Assembly (NCBI GenBank): GCA_965112735.1
Contig: OZ218956.1
Span: 124,001 to 188,000, forward strand
Reading direction: 5' to 3'
DNA length: 64,000 nt
Source: Phaeosaccion multiseriatum
Taxonomy: Eukaryota; Protista; Ochrophyta, other classes
Both the position numbers and the translations under genes were made by a program. Of this stretch, positions 47,090-59,196 are shown one piece after another. Under the pieces are notes generated by a model. That model was not told the DNA's origin and did not search any database. It was given only the letters and a program-made list of their open reading frames with translations. The first letter of the stretch is position 1; every line of letters starts with the position of its first letter.

Positions 47090-50000
47090 TCAGCCCAAGC
47101 CGTGAGCTGCCATCGCTGGCCGTCGTTGCCTCTGCCGCCGCTCATCCTCTCTCCTCCTCCTCTTATTGCGGTCGCCATTCCTCCCCCCCACCCCCAACGC
47201 CCGCACGCATGCCTCTCTGCTGAAGGCATCCTCCAGTGCCCCCTTGCCGACCTTGCCCTTGGCAGCAGCACCACCAACTGCCACTGGTACCACCCCCTCC
47301 CCTGGCCAGCCCCCTGCGCCCCCGTCTCTCCGACTCATGTCCATGACACCTCTGGAGCGGTCGGTGGCGGCGCAGGCGTGCTTCCTAAGTTCCTGCGTAT
47401 CCCTCTCGTGTTGTGCCTGCATGCGGAGGAGGGCTGCCTGCGGGTCCTTGCTGAACTCCCTGAGGAAGAGCACCCTGCGGCTTTGGGACTTCGCCATCGT
47501 CGCCAAGCTCTGCACCTGCTCGTCGAGCACGAGGCTGTGTGGCGCGTCTCTGGCGCCGTCGAGCTCGCACAGAGCGACCAACGCGCTGTGACACTCGAGC
47601 CTCACGCCTGAGGGCAGGCAAACAGATGGAGGCACACATGCAGGTATACAGGTAGGCACATGTTAGCACGTGATGGACAGGCGGGGAGGGTGCTCCACAA
47701 GTGCTCCGCAGGCAGAGGATAATTGGACAATTGGGCAGCCAGCGCATGCCCCAATCTCACTCACTTGCTTCCATGTACACGTCCACATCCCACAGGCGCT
47801 CCACGCGTGCCTTGACGCCGCTGCCCTGTCCGCCGCCCTTGACGCCGCTGCTGCCCGGCCCGTTCCTCCCTTGCCTTGACGCCCTGCCGCCCCCCATCCC
47901 CCCAAGGCTATTCTTGGGCACATGCATATCCAGCGCCAGGCGGATTGCTCGGGGCGGCAGCAGGTGAGGTCCAAGTAGCCCCTCGAGCTGCTCCACCCGA
48001 AACCCCCCCCTCTGCAGCAGCTCCTGCAGCGCCGCATCACACTCCACCACAGACCTGTCCACAGGCCTTGCGTCACCCCGTCCCGTTCCTGCGGCCCCGT
48101 TGAATGTCTTTCCCGATGCGCCATACCCGACAGTGGTTGCCTCGTCGTCTCCCCCCAAGGGGTGCCTGCCGTGGGCGTAGGTCTTGCCCCTCGCCCTCTT
48201 CCCCTTCCCCTGCCCTCCCCCCCTGCCCGCTTCCCTGCCACCGCCATCCTCCCCGCCCCCGTCCTCGTCCCCCCCCGAGTGGTCACCCGCCTCCTCGCCC
48301 TGCTGCCCCTTCCACAGCTTGTGGTGATCCACATACGCCAACACCATGCCTACGTAGGCCTCTTTCCTCTCCTCGAGATAGTCGGCCGTCCCCAACCCCA
48401 GGAGAGAATGTAGGGCAGGGGAGGGTACCAGCAGCTCTGGTTGGCGAGCGGAGCTCTGTGCAGGAGGACCCATGCCATGCCAACATAGCACGCGGCCACA
48501 CAACACGACAGAAGGACGCATATCGGCAGCAACAAGGGGCCAAGAAGGGGCACAGGCGTTAGGTGGGAGGCATATGGGTATGGGCAAGAAGAAGGGGCAG
48601 AGGTGTTGGAGGCGTATGAGCAGGAAGAAGGAGGCAGAGGTGTCAGGTGCCACCCTGAGTGTACTTTAGGCAGTGAGTGAGTAGGCCCTCTTCTCTGAGG
48701 GCCTCTAAACCTGCCTGCCCCCCCCCCCGTACACATCCCATAGCCCATAGGCCTCTGCTCACCTCTATCCGCGGCTCGAGCTCGACGGACACGGAGAAGT
48801 TAGAGAGGCCTTGGGCAATCGCCGGGCCCAGCGGCAACCGCACACGGAGCGCATCCGCCTCCTGTACAGTCAGCCCAGCAGGGACAGCAGTGTCAGTGTC
48901 AGTGTCAGTTTCAAGTACGAGTCTCACCCCTGGGTGTGTTGTACTCTCTACATTTCAACCCCACGCTTCGCCTCTCTCATCGCGTGTTTGTGGGTGCGTG
49001 TGTGTGCCTGTGGGTGCGTGTGTGCCCCCCCCCCTCGGCGGTCTGCCCGTGCCCCTACACCTGCCTCCTCCGTCTCTATCCTGAGACTCAAGCCTCCGTC
49101 CTGACACTCACCTCGCAGTGGGGCGTCCTCACCCACTGCCACTCAAAGGGCGTGCCCAGCCCCTCCCCCGGCCCTCCTACCCTGGCAGACAGCGACACAG
49201 TGATCCGCTCGAAATGCCTCGTGAAGCGCTGCTCCTCCCTGGCTCGGCCCGGCAGCGGACACAGCAGTGCTCCCTCCAGCTGCACACTCCACTCGGCGCT
49301 GTGCACTTCTCTCAGAGCCTCTGAGTCTCCTCCCTCCGACGCCACCGCCGCTTCAGCAGCCGCCGCCGCCGCCGCTCTCCTCCCTCGCGTTTCCGCTCGG
49401 ACTGGCGCCCCCTCCTTCTCCTTCTCTTTCTCGCCACTCGTGTTGGTGTCTCTCTCTCTCCCCCCTCCTCCTCCTCCCTCCGCGCCCCCGTCGCTGTTCC
49501 CGTCCTTGTTCCCTCCATCCTTCGTCTCCTCCCCGCCCTCTTTGGCCTTTGGTGCCTCTGCCTCTGCGTCTGACTGCTGCGCTTGCTCCGGTTGCTCGGC
49601 GGGCTCTGGTGGTGGCGGGGGCGGACAACTCACGCTGCTCTCCAACCACAAGCGGAGCGCCTTCTTGACCCACCTCGGCTCCTCAAGCCTTCGCAGCAGG
49701 TCCCGCCGCTTGGCCTCGATGGCCGTCTCCAGCTTGTGCTCCAGGCTGCTCACTCGCTGCAGCGCTTTTGCCTGCTTCTCGGGAAGGCACCCCACGGCCG
49801 CTGGCCCCAGGTCCCTGTCTCCTTTGGTCTCCTCGGGCCATCTCTGCCTCTGCCTCTGCTTGGCTTGCACGGAGCTGCGCAGGCACTCGAGGAAGCGTGG
49901 GCCGCGGATCTCGCGAGCGTTGTGCAGAATGTCCTCCACAGGAGGGCGGGGCTGGCGGGCGCGGGGAGGATACACCACCTACGGAGAGAGGGAGAGAGAG

Positions 50001-50958
50001 AGAGGGAGAGAGAGAGAGGGAGAGAGAGAGAGAGGGGGGGGGAGAGAGGGAGAGGGAGAGAGAGAGAGGGAGAGAGAGAGAGGGAGAGAGAGAGAGAGGG
50101 AGAGAGAGAGAGAGGGGGGGGGAGAGAGGGAGAGAGAGAGAGGGAGAGAGAGAGAGAGAGAGCCACACAATGTGGGGGGGGGGCAGAGAACGTGAGAGGG
50201 GAGGCTGTGTTAGACAATGTGGTTGGCCTGTGAAATGCAATGAGCGCGCTGCCGCTTTTCATGTATGTCCCCTGACGAGGCCACAGAACTGAAACGCTCG
50301 GCTTGGCCCCTATGCAAGTATACTTGTGCAACGCACCTTCATAGGAGGCCCCTGGAAGGAGCCGGAGAACATGCCCTCCTGATACAGCTGCTGCTGCTCC
50401 AGCTGACGACGATGCTCCGCCTGCAGCAGGCCCATCTGCTGCGCCTGCTGCCGCCGGACCAGAGCCTGCTGCTGCTCCTGTTGGTGCTTCAGCTGCTGCC
50501 GCCCCACCTGTTGCTGCTCCTGGTCCTCCCGCAGCTGCTGGGCATGCCGCTGGAGCACCTGCTGCTCTTGTATCCGGTGCATCTCCAGCTGCTGTGCATC
50601 GAAGGGGGCATCTCGGGCGCTGGCCTGCTGCTGGAGACTCCGCTGCTGCTGCTGGTGCTGCAGCCGCTGCTTGTCCTGCTGCTGCTGCAAATGCTGCTGC
50701 TGCAGGAGGAGCTGCTGCCGCTGCTCCTGGAGGTGCAGCTTTTGTTGCTCATCTCGCTGCGCTTGCTGCGCCTGCTGCATCTTCCGCTCGAGCCCAAGGT
50801 GCTGCTGTTGCAGCCGCACCAGCGTTTGGTGGTGCTGAGGGTGCTCCGGCTGCTGGTGGTCTACCTGCTGCTGCTCCTGAGGCGCATGGTCGTAGCCCTG
50901 CTGACGCTGCTGGAGCTCCATCATCCGCTGCTGCTGCTGCTGCTGCTGCAGAAGCTGG

Positions 50959-50989
<31 letters not shown>

Positions 50990-51263
50990 GCTGTATCGAC
51001 AGGAGCTCGCGCTGATGGGGTGTCAATCCCTGCTGCTGCTGTTGAACCTGCTGCTGCTGATGTTGATAGCGGTGATGAAGCCCGTCTGGCTGCTGCTGCT
51101 GCTGCTGCTGCTGCCGCTGCCGCTGCTGAAGCATTGCCTGCTGCAGAAGCTCCTCCTCCCTCTGCCTCTTGCCCTCCCTCTGCCGCCGGAGCAGCTCCTC
51201 TCTCTGCCGGCCGTCGAGCTGGGCCGGGAAAGATGAGAGCGCCACCCCCCTCGGTAACGCCAT
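47090..51263 (-). CDS. SWI/SNF subunit SWP73/BAF60 (SMARCD, SWIB domain) with Q-rich N-terminus
   Basis: LEHKLETAIEAKRRDL..KKALRLWL; WSVQLEGALL; RFTRHFERITVSL; SPALHSLLGL..VLAYVDHHKL..VECDAALQELL..LLGPHLLPPRAI; RRVLFLREFSKDPQ. Confidence 0.85.
49983..50162. repeat. (GA)n/GGGA purine tract in BAF60 intron 1
   Basis: About 180 bp of pure purine, i.e. a very long polypyrimidine tract on the sense strand ending at the acceptor. Confidence 0.9.
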
Positions 51264-51495
51264 CCTTCCTCCTGCCGGGACCTATCTCAACTCTCTCTCA
51301 ACTCTCTCTCTCCTTTCTCTTTTCAGTTGCTAAAGTATGGACAAAGTGGGAGAACAGCCCCACCGAAAGTCAGATCGGAAGGGGGCGCGGGACGGGCATC
51401 TCATTATCATCTACAGTGTATTATTGTTGTTTGGTTACTTAACAGAGGAGCCCCTCTCCTCTTTTCTTTCTCCCTCCATCTCTCCTTGATATATC

Positions 51496-51577
51496 ATTCC
51501 AAGCATACGGGCAGAATTGGCTTTATTCCAAGCATACGGGCACGATTTGCTTCATTCCAAGCATACGGGCACGATTG
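51496..51577. repeat. 3 x 29-bp tandem repeat between the divergent BAF60 and rpiA starts
   Basis: Invariant core ATTCCAAGCATACGGGCA three times. Confidence 0.9.
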
Positions 51578-52204
51578 GAAAAGCCTCGTGGGTCGCCAAG
51601 CATCGCATTTTCCATCTTTCATCTTACGCCAGGTACGTGCGTAGCAATTGAAGGCTCTGTGTCTCTTCTATCTACCTGAAGAGTCTGACTTGAGGCTTGT
51701 TTCGTGTGGAGGAAGGGTATATGGCCCGAGGGAGCTCTTGCTAGAGGCCTTGCTCGAGAACACGAACGCACCAGGGCACAAGCTGAGGAGATATCAAGGC
51801 CCTCCGAGACGCCCATCCCTCGTGCAGTTCTGGCGTAGTTGCAAAGATGTTCTGTGTTGCCTGGAGGCGGCTGCTGCGCATGAGAAGAAGTGTCCAGCGG
51901 GGAGGAAAATATCGTGTCCGGGCCGCTGACGATGCGCATGAACGGCACAGGGAGAGGCAGCAAGCAGCTGAGCAAGCAGCAGAGAGCCGTATGAGGCAGC
52001 AACCACCATGAGGCAGCAAGCAGTAGAGCCCCGCATGCCTTCCGTGACAAGCAGCGCAGCCGACCTCCCTTTCGAGCTATGCTGTGGAGGGTACATGGTG
52101 CCGGGGCAGCTTCTCTTGCGGTGCTTGGGAACTGACAGGCTGCTTACTCCCCTCTGCTCCCTCCCCCTCCCACACTTTGCCTTCCCCCAACCCGCAGCCG
52201 TATA

Positions 52205-53248
52205 ATGAAGCTGACTGTCGCTGTGGTCGTCACCCTCGTCTGCGGAACCAACGCTTTCACTGTTAACCCCGCGGCGAGCCTCAAAGCAAGGCAGCACCAA
52301 TCTGCCGCGTCCACTCGCTCCTTCTCCAGGACCCGCGGCGCGCTGAGCATGGCAGCCTCTCAGGACGAGCTCAAGAAGCAGGTGCGTGGGGTAGGGGGTG
52401 AGGTAGGAGGCATGTGGGGTAGGCGGCTGTGCAGAGTGCACTGGTGGGTAGGTGGGTAGATGGGTGGGCGGGTGAGTAAGCAGGGGTACATAATGCCCAC
52501 CTTTGTAGACAGCGCTCCATCGCGTGTCTTTGGGAGCAGCGCTCCCCTACACAGAGACGAGAACGATGAGAAGAGAAGCCCCACTCACCCCCGCTCACTC
52601 ACTCACTCACTCACTCACTCACTCACTCACTTACTCACTTACTCACTCACTCACTCATGAGAAGAGAAGCCCCATGAGGAGCGGCGCACGACGCAGAGCT
52701 TCACTAGTGCCCGGCCCTGCCCATTGCTCCGTCCTCTGCCTACCCTTACATACTGTCACGTAACCCGCTCCTCCCCAGGTGGGCTACAAGTCTGTGGACG
52801 ACTACGTCAAGTCCGGCATGGTGGTGGGCCTCGGCACGGGCTCCACCGCCGCTTTCGCAGGTACCTTGCTTGGGTCAAGGGCGGGCAGGGGTGGGTGGGT
52901 GAGTTAAGAATACGCCCCGAGAGAGCCTAAGGCCGAGGAGCCTCCTCCTCCTCATCCCGTGTGACTCTGTTGGATGGGCCCACCCACCCCACCGCCCTGT
53001 CCCAGGTGGGACTCAACCCCCCCGCCTCCCCTCCTTTCTCACTCCCCTCCCTTCCCCTCCCCACCCCTTTCCTCTCCTTACCTCACCTCCCCCCTCCCGC
53101 TCCCACCTCCCTCCTTTCCTTCCTCCTCCTCCTCCTCCTCCTCCTCCTCCTCCTCCTCCTCCTCCTCCTCCTCCTCCTCCTCCTCCTCGTCCTCCTCCTC
53201 CTCCTCCTCCTCCTCCTCCTCCTCCTCCTCCTCCTCCTCCTCCTCCTC

Positions 53249-53279
<31 letters not shown>

Positions 53280-54290
53280 TCCTCCCCCTCCTCCTCCTCC
53301 TCCTCCTCCTCCCAGTGGAGCGTCTTGGCGAGCTGCTCAAGAGCGGAGAGCTCAAGGACATTACCGCCATCCCCACGTCCGTGCGAACCTTCGAGCAGGC
53401 CAAGGAGCTCGGCATCCCCCTCACTACCCTCGATGAGTTCAGCGTCATCGATGTCGCCATCGATGGGGCTGACACTGTCGGGCCCAATCTCGAGCTTGTC
53501 AAGGGAGGGGGGGGAGCGCTGCTCAGAGAGAAGATTGTTGAGGTGAGGGGTGGTGAGGAGAGGGGGGGAGAGGATGGGGGGGAAGAGGGGTGGGGGGAGG
53601 GGGAGGGAGAGGGGGAGAGAGAGAGCGGTTGTGAGAGTGGAGCGACGGGTGGGGGAAAGGAGAGAGAGAGGGGACGGGGAGGGGGTGGGGCAGAGCGCTG
53701 CTCGAGCAGTGCTGTACTGTTGTCCCTTGAAACAGGGCGTGGACTGCTCTTGTCTGTGTTGCCCGGTGCCTCTCATGGCTGTTGCTACCATGCTTATACC
53801 CTGTACACGCACGCACACACACACGCACACTCAACAGGTGTGCGCCAAGGAGTTCATCGTGATTGTGGACGAGTCCAAGATGGCCGACGGTGAGTCGTCG
53901 TAAGTCAGCGAATGCTCACACGCCTGCCAGGAAGAAGCAGCAGGCAATGCCCACCCCCCGCCCCCCCTCCCCCCCCTTTTCATTTTCTTCGGTGATTCCT
54001 ACCAAGTCAATAAACACCCCCTCCTACCCTCTCGCCCCCACCCCCTGCTCACTCGCACCCCTTGCGATGCACCGCCTGCCTCTACTCACCCCCCCCCCCC
54101 GCCAGGCATCGGGCCTCACTTCGACCTGCCTGTGGAGATCATCAAATTCTGTAACGAGCACACGCTGCGCACCGTGGAGGGGCTTCCCTCCCTCAAGGGC
54201 TGCAAGGCGGTGTTGCGAAAGGAGGGAGACGAGCCCTACGTCACCGACAACGGTGAGAGGGAAGGGAGAGGAGAGTATTCTTTTTCTGTG

Positions 54291-54333
<43 letters not shown>

Positions 54334-54407
54334 GTGTCTGTCTGTCTGTCTGTCTGTCTGCTTGTCTATCTGTCTGTCTGTCTTGTCTGTCTGTCTGTTT
54401 GTCTGCT

Positions 54408-54438
<31 letters not shown>

Positions 54439-54882
54439 GTGTGTGTCCAGTCTGTCTGTCTGTAGGCACATTGCTGCAGCTCTTCCTCGACACCTCTGCC
54501 CCGGCCTCCTGCCTCTTGCCTCTTTCCATCCCTTGCCATCCACCGCCTACCTCTAACCATCCATTGCCATCCACCGCCTGCCTCTAACCATCCATTGCCA
54601 TCCACGCCTGGCGTGACAGTCCCCCCCCCCCTCGCGCCTCTCCTTCCCTCGCCTTACCCCCCCCTCCTGCCGTCCTGTCCCCTCCCTACCCCCTCTTGCC
54701 GCCGCCCCGCCTCAGATAACTACATCATCGATCTCAAGTTCGAGAAGCCCATCGCTGACCCCGTGCAGGCAGGAAAGGAGCTCATCAACACCGTGGGGGT
54801 AGTGGAGCACGGGCTCTTCCTGGGCATGACCACGGCCTGCATCATCGCTGGCAGCGACGGCATCTCAGTCAAGACACCCTAA
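52205..54882 (+). CDS. rpiA: Plastid ribose-5-phosphate isomerase A, multi-exon
   Basis: MKLTVAVVVTLVCGTNAFTV leader; SQDELKKQVG, GMVVGLGTGST, IDVAIDGAD, LVKGGGGALLREKIV, IVIVDESK, LPVEI, YVTDN-NYIID, GVVEHGLF. Confidence 0.96.
53120..53312. repeat. (CCT)n microsatellite in an rpiA intron
   Basis: About 60 units ending at the CAG acceptor. Confidence 0.95.
54287..54462. repeat. (TCTG)n microsatellite in an rpiA intron
   Basis: Degenerate tetranucleotide array. Confidence 0.95.
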
Positions 54883-55487
54883 GTCAACAAATGGCCAGTA
54901 CAGTCAGTGCAGTAAGTCAACAGATGGCCCGTACAGTGCACTAAGTCAACGGACGGACGGACGGACGGACGAACGGACGGACGGCCAGTGCGTTTTTATA
55001 CTTTATTAGAAGTACTTTACACGAGGGGTCGCTGCGGTGAAGCATGAGGAAGGAGGTAGAGGGGAGGGGCCCTTTGGTGTCTTTAGAGCTTTAGAGGCGA
55101 CTCGGCGATGGAGGAGAGGCGAGGAGAGGAGAGGCGAGGCTGGTCGTTCGTTCATAGGTGCGGAGAGGAGAGTGGCGTTTTTAGCTGCCGAGCACATGGG
55201 GGAGGACAGACGGGGTAGATCATACATATTACACCTTTAAGTGCCATCTATGATTGTCTAAAAGTAACGGGGTAGAAGGGAGAGCACCAGCAGTTGGTGA
55301 TACAGCAGCCGCTCCTAGAACGCAGTACACAATGGTACGGCTTCTTGTCTATGGTCTGGTGTTTCCATGTATGCCTAAGAGTTATTCACAAATGGCAGGC
55401 ACATGGGACCGGGGGGGGGGTCCCATCACTCCCTCTCCTACCCTTCGTATTTACATCGGGCTCGGTCTCAGCCTCCGAGAGAGAGAG

Positions 55488-55527
<40 letters not shown>

Positions 55528-55852
55528 AGGCAAATAGAGCCTCCGTCCCCTCCCCTCCCCTGACCTCTCCTCCACTCCTCCTCGGAGGCAGAGCAGAACA
55601 GCAGCAGTACAGCCAAGTACAGCAGCAGCGGTGGCCTTTGGCCAGCCATTGATGTCGGAAGCGAAGCTGTCCTGTACCTTCCTTCTATGGAAGCTTTCCT
55701 CTGTGCTTCTTTCTAAAATGGAACTCTTATCCTCTAAACAGTCTAGCGGCACAGCAGCACAGCAGCAGGCCTCTATACATGCTGGCACACCCAGCTGAAC
55801 AGCTTAGTGGCGGCAGTAGCAGCACCCAGCAGCAGCACCTAGCAGCAGCTCG

Positions 55853-58660
55853 TCAGATCATGCTGGCGGGGCTGCTGTTGCCTCTCTCTCCTCCCCCCGC
55901 CCCATCCCTGCTCCTCCTGCCGCTGCTGCCGCTGCTGCTGCTGCTGCCGCTGCTGCTGTTGGACACGCTTAGGAGGCTCTGTCCCCCTTGGGTGTCGCTA
56001 TACGCCGCTCCGTTTCCGCCGCCGCTCCCCCTCCCTCGGGGAGGATTGCCCCCCCGGGGAGGACTGAAGGTGGTGTAGGCGTAGGCGGGCAGGAAGGATG
56101 CCTGTGAGTATGCTGACTGCGCGGGGTGGTAATGTAAGGCGTCGCCAGCGGAGGGCACGCTCAAGGCCACTGTGCTGACGGCAAGCTTGGCCGCGGCGGC
56201 TCCAATCAGCCACCCGCACACCACATCATCCTAAGGCAGTGACGAGGAGGAGGGAGGGAGGAGGGAGGGTGGGAGAAGCGGGGAGGGAAGGAGGAGCAAG
56301 GAGGGAGGACGGAGATGGAAGAAGTAAAGAGGAGGGAGGAGGGAGGAGGAGGACGGGAAGGTTAGCCGAGCGACAGAGCGTTGAGAGAAGGACGGGCGGG
56401 GTCGTGAGGCGCAGTCGCAGCTCTCCTCAGGCTCCATCTAGTGCCATCTTGGCGTCTCATGGACTGGAACAATAAACAGTTACAGCCTCTCTCTCCCTCT
56501 CTCTCTCTCTCCACAGACGGTATGTGCCATTTGGAAGTGGAGTGGTTGCCTGTCTCTCTCCCTCCCCCTCTGGCATGTCCGAACATGCCCACACCCACAC
56601 CCATAGACTGCCATCCGTCCGCTACCTGGAAGTGCCAGTAGTCCGTTACACGAGTGGCCCCCACCCACACAGCCACAAAGACGGGTACAGTGGCCAGGTA
56701 CACGCCTGCCGTGCGCTCCAGCCCAGACCTCAGCAGCTTGGAGTCTTCCAGCAGCAACAGCGTGGCCACACCCAGACCGGCCATCGAGAGCGAGCTGTCG
56801 GCAGAGGGGCGTGATGGAAAGGGGGGGTGGGGGGGAAGTGGCCATGATTGGGGGGGGGGGGTGAGTGGGTATCCATCCTGAGGAGAGCAGCAGGAGCGTA
56901 CCTGTGGCCGGAGGGAAAGCTCTTGGCGCGCTCGTTCTGGAGGGAGGAGGGAGGGGACGGCAAGCACAGTCATAGCACAGTCAAAGCACAGTCAAAGCAC
57001 AGTCAAAGTACAGTCAAAGCACAGTCAAAGCACAGTCAAAGCACAGCCAAGCCACAGAGAGGGAGCAGAGCGGAGCTGTCGGCAAGGGCGTGAGTGAGCG
57101 TATACATGCGGGGCCCTCTTTCCCTGCAACCCTTCTCCCCCCCCCCCTCCCTCCCTCCTTCCCTCCCTCCCTCCCTCCCATCCTCGCTCCCTCCCTCCCT
57201 CCACCCCTCTCTCTCCCTCCCTTCCTCCCTCCTTCCCTCACCACGACTCCCTCGCAGCCGTCACAGTGCCTGCCCAGCTCCGTCAGTGCGAGGAATATGG
57301 GCCTCGGCCTTCCCACTATGTTCTTGAGGAAGAGAGTGAGGGCAGTGCAGCTCAGCACAGAGGCCAGTAAGGCAAGGAAAGCATCATGTAGAGAACCCTT
57401 GGTGCGTCTGCGGCGGAAGGGGGGCGGGTTAGGTTAGAGGCATACGGCAGGGGAGGGAGGGGGTCGAGAGTAACGCTGCCAAGTACTTGTAGAACATATG
57501 GGGACGGAGCTGGAGGCATGCTGGAGGCATGTGGGCAGGGCTCTACATAGCATGCATGTGGAGAGGGCTCTGCCTAGCTTGGGCGAAGGGTTGGAGGGGA
57601 TGGATGGATGGAGGGGTTGGAGTGGATGCGGCCGGTAGTTCGCTCCGTTGTTCCGCCTTGGGGGGAGGGCTGCCACAGCCATAGACAGGTATGAGCCCCC
57701 CTCCCTCCCTCCCTTCCTTCCTCCCTCCCACCCACCTTCCCAAGAGTGCCAGGCAGTGGCGTGCAAGGATGAGTCCGCTGGGCAGCAGCACAGTGAGGGC
57801 GCCGAGCATCCAATTGGATACACTCTCGTAGGGCCTCTCGCCGCTCTTCATCTGCCCAAGTGCCACACAGCACGCGTTGTCCTCCGCCTCCTCTGTCTCT
57901 CTCCTCCCCCTCCCCGCTCCTGCTACAGCTCCTGCATGCCCTCCCGCTGCCAAGAGCCTGCGGTCGTCCTCCCGGAGGCCTCGCTCGTTCACACTGGGCA
58001 CTGCGCAGCTCTGCATGTCACGGGCCGTACACAGGACATCGTCATCAGCGCTGGCTTTGTTGCGGCCCCTCAGTCGGATGGGGTAGTCGTGGATGCCCCC
58101 CTCGCCCACCCGGTCAGGGAGGAACTGCGAGTTGAGAGGGATGGAAGTCTGTGGTATAATAAATGCGCAATCACATGGACAGGCAGGGAGGGGCAGATAT
58201 GAGGGGCGGGTGGGGGGGTGGGCGGTGGCTTATGCTTGTCCCCCCCGAGTGAGTTCCCTTACTACACGGGTGCTGCAGACTTGGAGCGAGCGAGCTTGGA
58301 GAGAAAACGTTCGTTGCCCCAGTCAGACAGCACCACATGGAGGACACGGACTGATAGAGAGGTGAAGCTGTAAGGCAGACATACACAGACAGGAACGGAC
58401 AAATACAGAGAGGTAGACAAATGGAGAGAAAAGACGGAGACAGACAGACCTTCGACACACAGAGGGACAGGTGAGGCAGAGAGAAAGAGAGAAAATACAG
58501 ACGACGCACAGACAGATGGACATGCACATGTATAGACACACAGATACACAGACCGACCTGGAAAAGCACTATGAAAGTGAGCGCCACCATGACCACGAGC
58601 AGCATCTCCTGGGTCCGCCTCCTGTGTGGTCTCGACTCCTCCTGCTGCGGCGGGTGCTGA

Positions 58661-58701
<41 letters not shown>

Positions 58702-58884
58702 GTGGTACAGCTGCTGCTGCTCTTCCTCCTCGTCTAGCTCCTGAATCTGCGCTCCCCGATGACTAACCATGCTCTTGCCCTTCCTCGGCCCCTGGCTACC
58801 AGCGCTTCTTGGGGGACTTACTCTGTTATGCCGGCTGACCAGTGTGCTGCTCCTGGCCGTCTGTTGTTGGCCCAAGAGATCCAC
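55853..58884 (-). CDS. PAP2-family lipid phosphate phosphatase, multi-exon
   Basis: Catalytic motifs KNIVGRPRP, SFPSGH-SS and TRVTDYWHFQ-DDV with intervening hydrophobic helices. Confidence 0.9.
56961..57057. repeat. 11-bp tandem repeat (CAAAGCACAGT) in a PAP2 intron
   Basis: About 8 units. Confidence 0.9.
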
Positions 58885-59196
58885 TTTCTATCTCCTGGCC
58901 CCACTGGTGTGGGACGAAAGCCTACTTACGTTCTCTTTCTGCCCCCCATAGCTGCGGAAGGCAGTGACGTTCCTTAGATTCTCTCTCCCGCCCCGACAGG
59001 AGGAGGGCGCGATTCAGCGAGGAAGACACAAGAGAGAGTGACAAAGGGCTGAGCAGGTAGGTCTGTAGGTCAAATAGGGAGAGACGGTGACACACTCCCG
59101 GAAGAAAAGGGGGGAGGGGCGGGGAGATGGGATTCGAGATGGGAAGAAAATCCACTCGACAGTTACACCGAATTAAGGGAAGGGAAGGATGAGAAG

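Larger units (their letters stand above)
40192..49239. repeat. Tandem segmental duplication, copy 2 (about 9.05 kb)
   Basis: Carries tyrosinases A2, B2 and the 3' half of the intact BAF60 gene. Confidence 0.95.

Noticed and set aside
52961-53893. 310-aa ORF with poly-Leu fused to RpiA sequence
   Set aside because: The poly-Leu is the intronic (CCT)n tract; only about 53316-53542 is an rpiA exon.
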